From contig JAVJTD010000267.1 in NCBI GenBank assembly GCA_040219065.1, positions 33 through 64,032 of the forward strand: 64,000 bases of DNA, read 5' to 3'. Below the pieces are notes generated by a model that saw only the letters and a program-made list of their open reading frames with translations, searched no databases and was not told where the DNA came from. Both the position numbers and the translations under genes were made by a program. This stretch comes from Planctomycetota bacterium (GTDB lineage: Bacteria; Planctomycetota; OFTM77). Shown here in pieces: positions 9,931-18,747 of the stretch (its first letter is position 1; the number at the start of each line of letters is the position of its first letter).

Positions 9931-11175
9931 TCAACGATTCTTCCGGCGCGACTGCTTGGCCGACTTCCGCTTGCGCTTGTCCTTCGCCTTGTCCTTCTTG
10001 GCCTTCGCGGGCTTGGACTTTGGCCAGGCCTGGACTCTCTCTTGGGTGTTCAGGTCGTGGCCCTCCCCGGCACCGCCCATGAGCATCGACTTGGCCCTCC
10101 CGAACTGGCTCCTGTCCGAGAGCGCCTCTTCGAGCTCTTTCTCGATGCCTTCCACCCGCAGCGCCTGGAGGCAAGCCGGCGCTTGAGGAAGCCGAAGGTC
10201 TCGATCGAGGAACGTGTAGAAGTCGCGCAGCACCTCGAGGATCTCCGGGGCTTCCTCCGCCTCGACGCTGAGCTTGCGCGGGAAGATGTCGAAGAGGATC
10301 TCCTGGAGCTCTCTGGGCGTCAGCGTCGCGATGGTGGCCCCGCACGAGTGGGCCGCGAACTGCATGAGAGTGCGGCAATACCAGGATGGATTGAGCTTCC
10401 CCGCTCCTTCCCGAGAGTGGAGAAAGCGCTCCAGGAGGCGGTCTATCAGAACTTCGTGCGCATCGGGATCGATCCCCTCCTTGGCGAGCCGAATCAGGGG
10501 CAAGAGCAGATCATCGGCGGGAATCGCTCCGATCAGCGGAGCTCGAAGGCTGATCTCGACCTCCTCGGTGCAGTAAGTGTCGACCGCCCTTTCCACCACG
10601 ATGCCAGGCCCCCCTTTGAACGCGGCTTGCCATTGCTGCTCCCCGAAATTCAAGGAGCTCAGCGCCGAGCACAGCGTCTCCATCGCCTCGATGTGAGCCT
10701 CACTCAGGGCTTGCGTCTCGCCAGGACGGGGACAGACCCGAAGCACCGGATAGGCATCGTCTCCAGCGATGGGCCAGCCGTGGGCCTCGATCTCTTTCAG
10801 CACCTCCGCGGGCAGCTCGGCTGCCGGTGAAAAGGTCAAAGAGAGATGGCGAGGGAGCGGTAGCTTCTTTCCTTCCGGAGCAGCCGCGACATCTCCGAGG
10901 AGCTCGAGGAACTCCCAGGGTCGATCGAACTGGAGGAAGCCCTTCGTCCCTCCGGCCTGACCGATGAAAGACAGCGCAGCGCCGTTCATGCTGAACCGCC
11001 AGCAGGTGACCGCGACCGTCGCCTCCTCGGCCGGCAGGGCCTCCCAGCTCAGCTCGCGATGAAGCAACGCCGCGGCGCGAAACAGCTTCTCCACGACCTC
11101 GGGATCCAGCCCGTCCCGTAGATAGCTCCAGTCATCACACTTCGGCTTCTCGGCCCGCTCCCACCAGTGCGTCAT
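9931..11175 (-). CDS. hypothetical protein with basic C-terminal tail (paralog of 34243-35820)
   Basis: shares EI..HGW..AG..AYPVL, ELxEIxFxIxPRK and K..K.KRK.AKQSRxKNR with 34243-35820. Confidence 0.75.
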   Translation of the reverse strand: MTHWWERAEKPKCDDWSYLRDGLDPEVVEKLFRAAALLHRELSWEALPAEEATVAVTCWRFSMNGAALSFIGQAGGTKGFLQFDRPWEFLELLGDVAAAPEGKKLPLPRHLSLTFSPAAELPAEVLKEIEAHGWPIAGDDAYPVLRVCPRPGETQALSEAHIEAMETLCSALSSLNFGEQQWQAAFKGGPGIVVERAVDTYCTEEVEISLRAPLIGAIPADDLLLPLIRLAKEGIDPDAHEVLIDRLLERFLHSREGAGKLNPSWYCRTLMQFAAHSCGATIATLTPRELQEILFDIFPRKLSVEAEEAPEILEVLRDFYTFLDRDLRLPQAPACLQALRVEGIEKELEEALSDRSQFGRAKSMLMGGAGEGHDLNTQERVQAWPKSKPAKAKKDKAKDKRKRKSAKQSRRKNR

Positions 11176-11341
11176 GAGTCTCCTCAGCGTCAAAGCTGCG
11201 ATCCGCCTCGGCCCGATCCGAGGCCCGAGGGCACAGCGTAGTGCCCAGACCAAGCACCCTCAACGGGCCGGTGAGTTTCACTTCGGCGGCGCCGCGGGCT
11301 CCTCGTCCACCGCATCAACCACCGCCACCTGCGATACCCAT

Positions 11342-11463
11342 CCTCTGAGCTCCACGGCGCATTCTGCGGTTGGATCCGGGATCTTCCACCGCAGAGAACG
11401 CGGAGAGCGCAGAGGGGACCTCGACGGAGCGGGCCCGATTTCTTCCTCTGCGTTCCTCAGCGT
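11342..11463. repeat. inverted-repeat cluster A (ACCGCAGAG..GCGGAGAGCGCAGAGG family)
   Basis: reverse unit 11342-11374, forward unit 11385-11415, partial reverse unit 11445-11463. Confidence 0.85.
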
Positions 11464-11470
11464 GCTCGAC

Positions 11471-11516
11471 GCCGTCCTTCAGGCGGTGGACGCTGAAGAA
11501 GATGAGCAGGCCGACC
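11471..11516 (-). pseudogene. remnant of a GxxExxY gene 3' end
   Basis: ccgtccttcaggcggtggacgctgaagaagatgagcaggccgacc aligns to 12140-12184 of the intact gene (VGLLIFFSVHRLKDG vs VGLLINFNVQRLKDG). Confidence 0.75.
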
Positions 11517-11785
11517 CGCTCCGGTCTTCGAGGCTCAGTCCGATACGCCCAGCCAATTCTGGGCTCCTGACAGATCGAGCAGGTAAGCAGCCACGACCTC
11601 CCGCTCCACCCAGTCCGGCATCAGCGGCTGGAACTTGCTCAGTCGATAGCTCCCTGGTTGCCGGGCGCATTCGCGAACTACCTACTTCACTCGCCCACTC
11701 CCGCAGCCCACGGATCGTCGAAGACAGAGCCCTCTTGCCATCAGCGATCATGGTCATGGGGTCACTCTTCCCTCACTTCGTGGTA

Positions 11786-11859
11786 TCAGAGGACCTCGCG
11801 GAGCTCCTCGCGGGTCACTTCGCTGTCCCTCAGGACTTACCGAGCAAACCCGGGCCGAT
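11786..11859 (-). pseudogene. HicA toxin C-terminal remnant
   Basis: IGPGLLGK..RDSEVTREELREVL* (with a frameshift) matches the end of the hicA at 13855-14083. Confidence 0.75.
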
Positions 11860-11961
11860 CGGAAGCCTCGCGGGGAAGCAGGCGATCAACAGAGAACGGT
11901 TTCCCCCGAACGGAGGAACCGACGGTGCGATCAAGCCTCGAGCGCCGCTGCGACCCTCTTC

Positions 11962-12093
11962 CCTCTGCGTTTCTCGGCGCACTCAGCGGTTGGATCCGGG
12001 ATCTTCCACCGCAGAGATCGCGGAGAGCGCAGAGGCGACGGGCTCGAGCGACGCTCCTCTTCCTCTGCGATCCTCAGCGTCCTCTGCGGTTGG
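11962..12093. repeat. inverted-repeat cluster B, immediately 3' of the GxxExxY gene
   Basis: reverse unit 11962-11994, forward unit 12005-12035, reverse unit 12062-12093. Confidence 0.9.
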
Positions 12094-12111
12094 CATTCCC
12101 GGAACTTCTCA

Positions 12112-12489
12112 TCACAGGCCGTTCACCAGACGCTTGATACCGTCCTTGAGGCGCTGGACGTTGAAGTTGATGAGCAGGCCGACCTTCACGCCGCTGAGCT
12201 TGAGGTAGGTCAGGAGCTGAGCTTCGTGGATCGGGAGGAGCTCTCGGACCGCCTTCAGCTCGACGATGACGACGCCGTCGACAAGGAGATCCACGCGATA
12301 ACCGGCGTCGATCCTCACCCCCTCATAATGCACGGGCAGCACCTCCTGAACACCGACCGCATGTCCTCGCTGCCGCAGCTCGTGCACGAGACACGCCTCG
12401 TACGCCGACTCCAAGAGCCCCGGCCCCAATGCAGTGTGCACCTTCATCGCCGCATCCACGACGTCCCCACTCACCTCATTGACGTCCAT
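12112..12489 (-). CDS. GxxExxY protein (PD-(D/E)XK nuclease-like fold)
   Basis: LGPGLLESAYEACL, YRVDLLVDG.VIVELK, HEAQLLTYLKL, GLLINFN. Confidence 0.95.
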   Translation of the reverse strand: MDVNEVSGDVVDAAMKVHTALGPGLLESAYEACLVHELRQRGHAVGVQEVLPVHYEGVRIDAGYRVDLLVDGVVIVELKAVRELLPIHEAQLLTYLKLSGVKVGLLINFNVQRLKDGIKRLVNGL

Positions 12490-12526
12490 CCCCTCGCCCC
12501 TCGTTCCTGTCCAGCACTTCTCCTGT

Positions 12527-12586
12527 CAGCACTCTGCGGTTCGAGTCCGCCAGAATCAACCGCAGAGTACGCGGAGAGCGCAGAGG
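12527..12586. repeat. inverted-repeat cluster C, 5' of the GxxExxY gene
   Basis: ctctgcggtt at 12532-12541 and caaccgcagagtacgcggagagcgcagagg at 12557-12586. Confidence 0.85.
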
Positions 12587-12599
12587 CTCTGCCCGGAGC

Positions 12600-13514
12600 T
12601 CACGCTTCGTCATCGGTCCACGGCTCCCTCGCCCGGACATCGGCGAGCAGGCAGCGAACGCCCAAGTGATCAGCAGGATCGAGCCACAGTAGGCGCTCGA
12701 AAGCTCGCTCGGCCTCCTCCCATTGCTCCATTCGCCAAAGGCAGAGCCCATAACCGTGGAGGCAGCGGAGGAAGGGGCGATTCTCGATCACGGACCAGGG
12801 AAGCAGCCCGTCGAAGTCCTCTCCCAAGGACAGCTCGCCGATGCGGACGCCGACCTCGTAATGCGGCAGCGCCCATTGCGGCCAGCCACCGAAGTCGAGG
12901 TGCCCGAGATGCGCGTGCGCATCGAGGCAGCGGAGGTCGATCTCGAGCAAGTCCTGCAGGAGATCCTCGGCACCGGAGCGGTCGCCGGCGTCCCGGCGAT
13001 CGATCGACTCGCAGATCGGATCCGTGAGCGGATCCTCGAGATCTCGGCCGGGCAGCACCTGCTCCATCTCGAACATTTGCCGAGGCCCACGGGCAATGAT
13101 CGCCTGAGCCCAGTCCTCGAGCGGGCCGCCCTCTACACCCCAATACGCCTTCGCCGGATCCCACTCCCCCACCGGCGTCAACGTGAGCGGCGTCAACCCG
13201 AGCGCCGCAGCATCGACGCGAGTCGACACGACCTCGCCCGAGAGATACGGGTGGCTTTTGAACTGCCAATGCTTCTTCGCCTGCACGGTCAGGATCTGCC
13301 CCGGCACATACCGCCCGAGGCTTCGAGCCCGAAGCGTGATCCCCTCGCCGCCATCCACGAACCGACACCGGGCCGCCTTCTCCCGAAGCCGAACGAGGAC
13401 CAGATCGATCGGCTTCGACAGGTCGAGCCCCTCGTCCCTCGCCTCGGGGTTCTCGTCGAAGGGCTCCGAGTACTTTCCGCGCAGTCCACCGTAGAACTCG
13501 TACTGTTTTCGCAT
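12600..13514 (-). pseudogene. C-terminal part of a TPR-repeat protein (paralog of 18748-19968) fused to an unrelated short N-terminus
   Basis: from DLSKPIDLVLVR onward it is colinear with 18748-19968 (FEMEQV.PG, DLRCLDAH.HLG, NRPFLR.LHG); the first ~20 aa MRKQYEFYGGLRGKY resemble a BrnA-type antitoxin start. Confidence 0.7.
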
Positions 13515-13572
13515 ACATGCTCACGGTCAATCGACCGCCTCCAGTTGGACACTCGTTTTCGGCTCCGCGCCC

Positions 13573-13788
13573 TCAGGCCAGGCGTAGCCGGCGGCCCTTC
13601 GGTTCTGGAATGGCTCGACCTTGGTCCCGAGCAGTCTCGATCCAGAGCCCGATCGCCTCCTGGCAATTGGCCAGCGCTGCCCCTGGCGAGTCCCCGTGGG
13701 CCGCGCAGCCTGCCAGCTCGGGCAGTTCAGCGACGAAGGCCTGATCGTCGTCGCTCCAGTAGATGAGGATTTCGTACTTGTACGACAT
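13573..13788 (-). CDS. HicB-family antitoxin
   Basis: YEILIYWSDDDQAFVAELPELAGCAAHG...AIGLWIETA...IPEP. Confidence 0.9.
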   Translation of the reverse strand: MSYKYEILIYWSDDDQAFVAELPELAGCAAHGDSPGAALANCQEAIGLWIETARDQGRAIPEPKGRRLRLA

Positions 13789-13854
13789 CTCTCGGCTGGT
13801 CCCCTGGTGACGCGAAGGTGGTGGACAACGCCACACTCACCTCCTTTCGTCTGA

Positions 13855-14083
13855 TCACAGGACCTCTCGGAGCTCCTCCCGGGTGAGTTCGCAGTCTCGT
13901 AGGATCTTGCCGAGCAATCCCGGGCCGAGCGTTTCTTTCGCATGAACGGGAACGATGGTCGTTCGCCCGTCGCGAGGCCTGAGAAAGTTGTGGCTCCCGC
14001 GAACACGCGCGACCTCGAACCCCCAGGCGCTCGAGCGCTGCGACCAACCGCTTGCCCGTGATTTGTGGAAGCTTGTCGCTCAT
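13855..14083 (-). pseudogene. HicA-family toxin, +1 frameshift
   Basis: KLPQITGKRLVAALERLG|FEVARVRGSHNFL...VPVH...LGPGLLGKILRDC; one extra base in the C5 run at 14020-14024. Confidence 0.85.
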
Positions 14084-14292
14084 GCCACTCGGATGCGCTG
14101 GACTCCGACGAACTCGAGCGGCTCCGGTGTGGGTCCCTCGACTTCGAGGTACAGGAGGATGGCCTCTCTCACCCTCTTCATGAGCTCATCGAGGGACCTC
14201 GCCTGCGTATGGCAACCCTTCAGGGCGGGTACGGTCGCGACGAAGTAGCCTTCCGAGTCTTGCTCGATGATCACATCGAACTCATTGTTCAT
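14080..14292 (-). CDS. HicB-family antitoxin
   Basis: VIIEQDSEGYFVATVPALKGCHTQARSLDELM..VREAI; overlaps the hicA start. Confidence 0.92.
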   Translation of the reverse strand: MNNEFDVIIEQDSEGYFVATVPALKGCHTQARSLDELMKRVREAILLYLEVEGPTPEPLEFVGVQRIRVA

Positions 14293-14475
14293 GGTTTGTC
14301 ATCCTCAGGAGTCCGGGGGTCTCGTGGTGAACGTCATTCTCCATCGGGCGGGCCTCTCGGGGAAGGAGGCACTCGGCGGAGTGCGGTCGACCCGAACGTA
14401 CGGAACGACGGCAGACCAGAACCCGCGCGAGCCGACTTGGCCGCCGAGCCGTGGCGCCAAGACCGCGGCGCCCAG

Positions 14476-14685
14476 CTAGGCGACTTGGATCGTTTGTATG
14501 CCGACGAGCTCCGACTCTAGCTTCGGGTCCCCGTCTTCGAACAACATCGAGATGACCTCGCGGAAGTTCTTCTCAAGCTCGTCCAGAGTCGTTCCCTGGC
14601 TGTGCGCTCCTGGCGATCCAGGAACCGACCCGATGAACAGCTCCGTCTCCGGGTCTCGTTCGACCAATACGTTGGGAGTCTTCAT
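14476..14685 (-). CDS. HicB-family antitoxin
   Basis: VERDPETELFIGSVPGSPGAHSQGTTLDELEKN.REVI..LESELVGIQTI; GTG start. Confidence 0.85.
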   Translation of the reverse strand: MKTPNVLVERDPETELFIGSVPGSPGAHSQGTTLDELEKNFREVISMLFEDGDPKLESELVGIQTIQVA

Positions 14686-14780
14686 CGATCACTCCTTCGC
14701 CAGACTTCGGCTGCACCCAGGTTACGGTCGACCACCGGATTCGCAACACGCTGAGTTCCTCCGGCATCGCGCCCCACCTC

Positions 14781-14854
14781 CCTCTGCGCTCCTCGGCGCC
14801 CTCTGGGGTTGGATTGTGGATCTTCCACCGCAGAGATCGCGGAGAGCGCAGAGG
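14781..14854. repeat. inverted-repeat cluster D
   Basis: reverse unit 14781-14813, forward unit tccaccgcagagatcgcggagagcgcagagg 14824-14854 (identical to 12005-12035). Confidence 0.9.
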
Positions 14855-14877
14855 GGGACGGGCGTGCGGCTCATTCC

Positions 14878-15052
14878 TCGCGACCAACGACAGCCCCTGC
14901 CCGACCACCGTCACCTCCACCGGCAGCTTCAGGCCCTCACTGATCGCATCGAGCAAAGCCCAGAGCTGCTCATCCTCGCCGTACGCATCGGTGAGGATCT
15001 CCTCGAGAAGAGCATCGATACGGTCAGGCGCAGGTCGCCTCGGCGTGGACAT
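14878..15052 (-). pseudogene. N-terminal fragment of the TPR-repeat protein
   Basis: MSTPRRPAPDRIDALLEEILTDAYGEDEQLWALLDAISEGLKLPVEVTVVGQGLSLVA aligns to the N-terminus of 18748-19968; similarity stops just before repeat cluster D. Confidence 0.75.
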
Positions 15053-15489
15053 GATCTCGCTCCGGATGAGGAGGACTTCGATGGAACGGGCCGAGCTCAT
15101 CGCCGGCCGCGCGCATCTTACCAGGGAGCCGATCGACAACGGTCCAGCCGCTCCCTCCGAGCAGAAGCCCCTCGCAAGGCCAAACGCTCGCTTGAGAGCC
15201 TCTCTCCGTTCATTCCCACCGCCGCTCGCCGAGATTGCCCGCAACGCGTGGGGCGTGGATGCACCCCGTTCCGAGGGAGCAAGCAATGCGCCCCGAGTCG
15301 TCCCGACGCGAGCATTGATTCCGACGGGCGACAGTTGACACTCCCACGAGCGGGGCGTACTCTGCCCTCTCAGCAGTGGAGGGTCAATGAGAGTGAGAAC
15401 GACATTCAAACTGGAAGATGACGGAGCGAGCTCCGTTGCGATCGCCAGCACCTGCCCCCGCACCGCCGGTCCAGCGAATGATCGGAAGC

Positions 15490-15920
15490 ACGTTGGCCAT
15501 GAGCACGATCGCGACCTCGCCCCCGTCCAGCTGGGTAAGACTTGCCAGATCCTGTCGCAGAGGATCTCGAACGCCGGGAGCGATCGGCCCTGGCAATGGG
15601 TCTTCCCGGAGACCCGGCTTTACAGGCACGAGCCGAACGGCAAGCGGCACCGCCATCACTTGCACGAGACCGTGCTCCAGCGCGCGGTGCGAAGCGCCGC
15701 GAAGGCAGCCGGCCTGAGCCAGCGGGTCACGTGTCACACGTTCCCCCACTCCTTCGCCACGCATCTCCTGGAAGACGGCTACGACATCCGGACGGTCCAA
15801 GAGCTGCTCGGTCACCGAGACGTCTCGACGACGATGATCTACACCCACGTCCTGAACCGCGGCCCCGGTGGAGTCAGGAGCCCGGCCGATGTGATGCCGC
15901 CGTTCGAGGAGACGTCATGA
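15490..15920 (+). pseudogene. intI: integron integrase (IntI), C-terminal remnant
   Basis: WQWVFP...[13 protein letters not shown] (IntI patch), [48 protein letters not shown]; N-terminal half absent; catalytic HxxR has R replaced by P. Confidence 0.9.
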
Positions 15921-16049
15921 GCAGGGATGCTGCCCGCTCCACCACTCCCGCTTATCCAGGTCCGCCTAATCCAGCAGGCCGCACCCGCTATCCATCCCCA
16001 AACACAGGCTGTCGATCACCTTCCGCCCCTCCCGAAGCGACCGACGGAC

Positions 16050-16123
16050 CTGTTATGCAGCCGCGCCACCGTGAATTAGGCTGCAGGGAGATATTAGGCA
16101 GGTCTGTGGAATTGTAATTAGAC
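16050..16123 (+). mobile_element. putative attI region
   Basis: AT-richer stretch ending in a/TTAGAC (16117-16123), complementary to the R'' GTCTAAC of the first cassette. Confidence 0.5.
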
Positions 16124-16144
16124 CGAATCCGAGGCCACCCTCAG

Positions 16145-16801
16145 TTGCGCGATTACCTCCCAGACAGCGTCCTGGAACGGATACGAGACCGGTACCTAGC
16201 CGGCGTTGCGGATGCGGAGGCGAAATTCCAGTTCAACGCAGGCGACGAAGACTCGTTGACCGGCGCGCTAGGCTCCGCCATCACTACGCCCGAGCCTGTG
16301 AGCCACATCGTGGACGGCGTAAGGTACACGTGGCAAATATACTACCGAAAGCTTAGGGGTCGGGGCTCGGGTGCACCAGAGAAGAGTCTGGGCGCCGACG
16401 GAATCTTTCAGATTGAGATTCACGATCAGAAAGGTAGGGTCCTGAAGCGAAAAGGCCTACCCTTTCAAGCGAAGAAGGGGTGGACAGTTCGAGACCGAAG
16501 CTTGGTGCATCAGGCTCGAAAAATGACGGATTCCGCTGGAGATGGTTTGGTCGTCGACTATTCCGCAAGAGGCTTCACGTGCTGCTCGGCTGAATCGGTC
16601 GTTGATGTGGATGGTCAAAAGAAAGACCTTATCGATTCATGGCGCATAGGCAGCCTCGGCCAAGCAATTGGAAATGAATTTCTTAATTGCGAAATTGGGG
16701 TCGATGGATTGTTCTTCGACCCGGATTCCGAGATGTTTCACATCGAACCCCCAGAACACGCTATTGGTACGTCCGTCGAAGTTGAACGATTCCCTGGCTA
16801 A
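16145..16801 (+). CDS. integron cassette 1: hypothetical protein with PD-(D/E)XK-like E..LGAD...FQAK motif
   Basis: lower GC than its neighbours; DEDSLTGAL, PEKSLGADGIF, GLPFQAKK; followed by attC. Confidence 0.7.
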   Translation: MRDYLPDSVLERIRDRYLAGVADAEAKFQFNAGDEDSLTGALGSAITTPEPVSHIVDGVRYTWQIYYRKLRGRGSGAPEKSLGADGIFQIEIHDQKGRVLKRKGLPFQAKKGWTVRDRSLVHQARKMTDSAGDGLVVDYSARGFTCCSAESVVDVDGQKKDLIDSWRIGSLGQAIGNEFLNCEIGVDGLFFDPDSEMFHIEPPEHAIGTSVEVERFPG

Positions 16802-16807
16802 CAGTTG

Positions 16808-16879
16808 GTCTAACAATCGGCTGGAGCTGACAAACATTCCGCAACGCGAAATGTTCGCAGCTCAGCCCCGGCGTTGGGC
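16808..16879 (+). mobile_element. attC site 1
   Basis: R'' GTCTAAC 16808-16814, R' GTTGGGC 16873-16879, inner GGCTGGAGCTG/CAGCTCAGCC stem with an extrahelical G, aacatt/aatgtt arm. Confidence 0.88.
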
Positions 16880-16902
16880 CGACAAGGAGCATGGAGTAAA
16901 GC

Positions 16903-17160
16903 GTGCCTGAGATCTCTCGGTTTCTGGGGATAGTGATCGCGATGTACTACAACGATCACGCCCCGCCGCACTTTCACGCGAGGTACGGGGCCTTCGAAAT
17001 CACCGTCAGCATCGCGGACGGCGTCGTGGAGGGTCGGTTCCCCCGGCGGGCTCTGAATCTGGTGCTGGAGTGGTACAGTCTCCATCAGGCTGAGCTCCTT
17101 GAAGATTGGGACCTGGCCCGCGAGCGGAAGCCCTTGCATCGCATCGACCCACTGGAGTAA
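16903..17160 (+). CDS. DUF4160 family protein (putative TA component), cassette 2
   Basis: MPEISRFLGIVIAMYYNDHAPPHFHARYG...LVLEW..LHQAELLEDW. Confidence 0.93.
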   Translation: MPEISRFLGIVIAMYYNDHAPPHFHARYGAFEITVSIADGVVEGRFPRRALNLVLEWYSLHQAELLEDWDLARERKPLHRIDPLE

Positions 17161-17165
17161 TTCGC

Positions 17166-17444
17166 ATGATCCCCAAGCTCGAGTCAGCTGAGTACGTAAC
17201 CGGACACGCCATTCGCCTCAGGTTCGCGGACGGAACGGAAGGGGTCGTCGACCTGAAGGACGAACTCTGGGGCGAGGTCTTCGAGCCCCTCAAGGATCCG
17301 GCAACGTTTCGGACGTTTCGTCTTGATTCCGAGCTCAATACGGTGACCTGGCCCTCAGGGGCAGACTTGGCCCCCGAGTTCCTGTACGAGAAGGCGGCGG
17401 CCCAACAAGCCGACGCCTCGGACCGGCCTTCGGCCGGCCGCTGA
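17166..17444 (+). CDS. DUF2442 family protein (partner of DUF4160), cassette 2
   Basis: IRLRFADGTEGVVDL..L.GEVFEPLKDP..F...TVTWPSGADLAPEFLYE. Confidence 0.92.
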   Translation: MIPKLESAEYVTGHAIRLRFADGTEGVVDLKDELWGEVFEPLKDPATFRTFRLDSELNTVTWPSGADLAPEFLYEKAAAQQADASDRPSAGR

Positions 17445-17461
17445 TCGGCAAGGCGTTAACG
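17400..17461 (+). mobile_element. attC site 2 (degenerate)
   Basis: R'' GCCCAAC (exact complement of the GTTGGGC opening this cassette), central ccggccttcggccgg hairpin, R' GTTAACG 17455-17461. Confidence 0.75.
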
Positions 17462-17470
17462 GAGACGAGC

Positions 17471-17740
17471 ATGAATGAATAGAAGTTCTACATCTGGAAG
17501 CTCGCTGATTTCCTGGCGCAACACGAGATGCGCATTTCGGGCGAGGAGCTGGCTGCGCACTTGAACCGGAATGAGTTCCTGACTGACGCCGGCACTGAGT
17601 TCCAGGGAGGGCGCGGCACCTGCAAGCTGATCCAGGCAACGTGGCGCTGGCTGCACGACGACCTCGGCCTCGAGGTTGAGGCCGCCAAGGTTGCCGCGGC
17701 CTATGTCAAGCAGGATGGCAAGTACGCCTACGAGGTCTGA
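17471..17740 (+). pseudogene. integron cassette 3: small hypothetical protein with a nonsense codon
   Basis: GGAG RBS, then ATG AAT GAA TAG AAG TTC... in frame with MRISGEELAAHLNRN; TAG at 17480-17482. Confidence 0.65.
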
Positions 17741-17932
17741 CAGCAGCCCGTTGACTCCCCGACTTTGCCGCGTTGCTGAAGCGACTGGGCGGCGCCACGC
17801 ACTCCAGCATTTCGTGCTGTCCCACCGCTCACCTCCGGAGCGTTTCCAATCACTCCGAGCGGTCCAGCGTCGATGGCTGTGTCTGCGCGCGTCGTGCGGT
17901 CATCCTGGCCCTGCGGCCTTCCCTACCCTCTT

Positions 17933-17964
17933 CCTCTGCGTTTTTCTGCGTCCTCTGCGGTTGG
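17933..17964. repeat. repeat unit E (reverse orientation)
   Basis: cctctgcgtttttctgcgtcctctgcggttgg. Confidence 0.8.
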
Positions 17965-18017
17965 GTTTCTTACGTCTTCCACGCCGCCCCACGTTCATCG
18001 CCCTTTGGGCTCGACGT

Positions 18018-18042
18018 GCGGGCAGGATGCCCGCGTTCCCAG
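18018..18042. repeat. REP-like palindrome of a second family
   Basis: gcgggcaggatgcccgcgttcccag: GCGGGCA-gga-TGCCCGC hairpin. Confidence 0.55.
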
Positions 18043-18049
18043 TGCTTGG

Positions 18050-18570
18050 TCACTGCAACCTCACCCTCGCGCCCTGCCGGATCTTCTCCAGCAACCTCGC
18101 TCGCACCTCCTCCACCAGCGCGTCGACTTTGGCTTCCGTGGTGAGCTCCCGGTTCCTTAGACCCAGATCCAGTCGCACGATCAAGGGCTTCTCGCCTTCG
18201 CTCAGGTGGTGGTCCAGGATCTCGTCAGCTTGGTCTTCTGCTCTCGTCAGGGCGAGGGTGAAGGTGTCGCGCAAGCTCGCCATGGTCGGGGCGATGGACA
18301 CTTCGTCGGTGGGGGTGGCTGCTTCGGTCAGGGGTCTGAGGACTTGGCGAGCTTGGTCGGCGGTCAGGGTGCTGATGCCTTCCCTTCTCTTCGCTTGACC
18401 CTCGCGGGGGCGGCTTCGAGCTCTTCTTCTTGGCGCTGGAGGAGGCTGGCTCGCTCGGCGCGGTAGGCGGCTCGGATGTCCGTGACGGGTTGATCCAGCT
18501 CGCCGATCTCTCGCCAGGGGCGCTCGGTTCTTAGGTGCTCTTCGATGCGGACGGCGGCGGCTTCGATGTT
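18050..18570 (-). pseudogene. frameshifted C-terminal fragment resembling the BREX P-loop ATPase BrxC
   Basis: RPWREI...IRAAYRAER..RVKRREG | LTADQARQVLRPL...LGLRNRELTTEAKVDALVEEVRARLLEKIRQGARVRLQ*; family assigned from memory. Confidence 0.5.
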
Positions 18571-18660
18571 CGTGGCTTTACGTGGCCTCGACGTATTCGG
18601 TTGCCCGCTCACGCCAGCACATCCGTCGCTGCGATCTGGTCGCGCCTTGGCTGAACGCGA

Positions 18661-18731
18661 CCTGGCGTTCCTCGCCCTCTGCTGTCGGAAGCCGCCATCG
18701 TCGATCACCCAGAACGCCGAGAGCGCGGAGG
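18661..18731. repeat. degenerate repeat cluster F
   Basis: cagaacgccgagagcgcggagg (18710-18731) preceded by a degenerate reverse unit. Confidence 0.6.
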
Positions 18732-18747
18732 CGTCCGCCTTTCGGGC

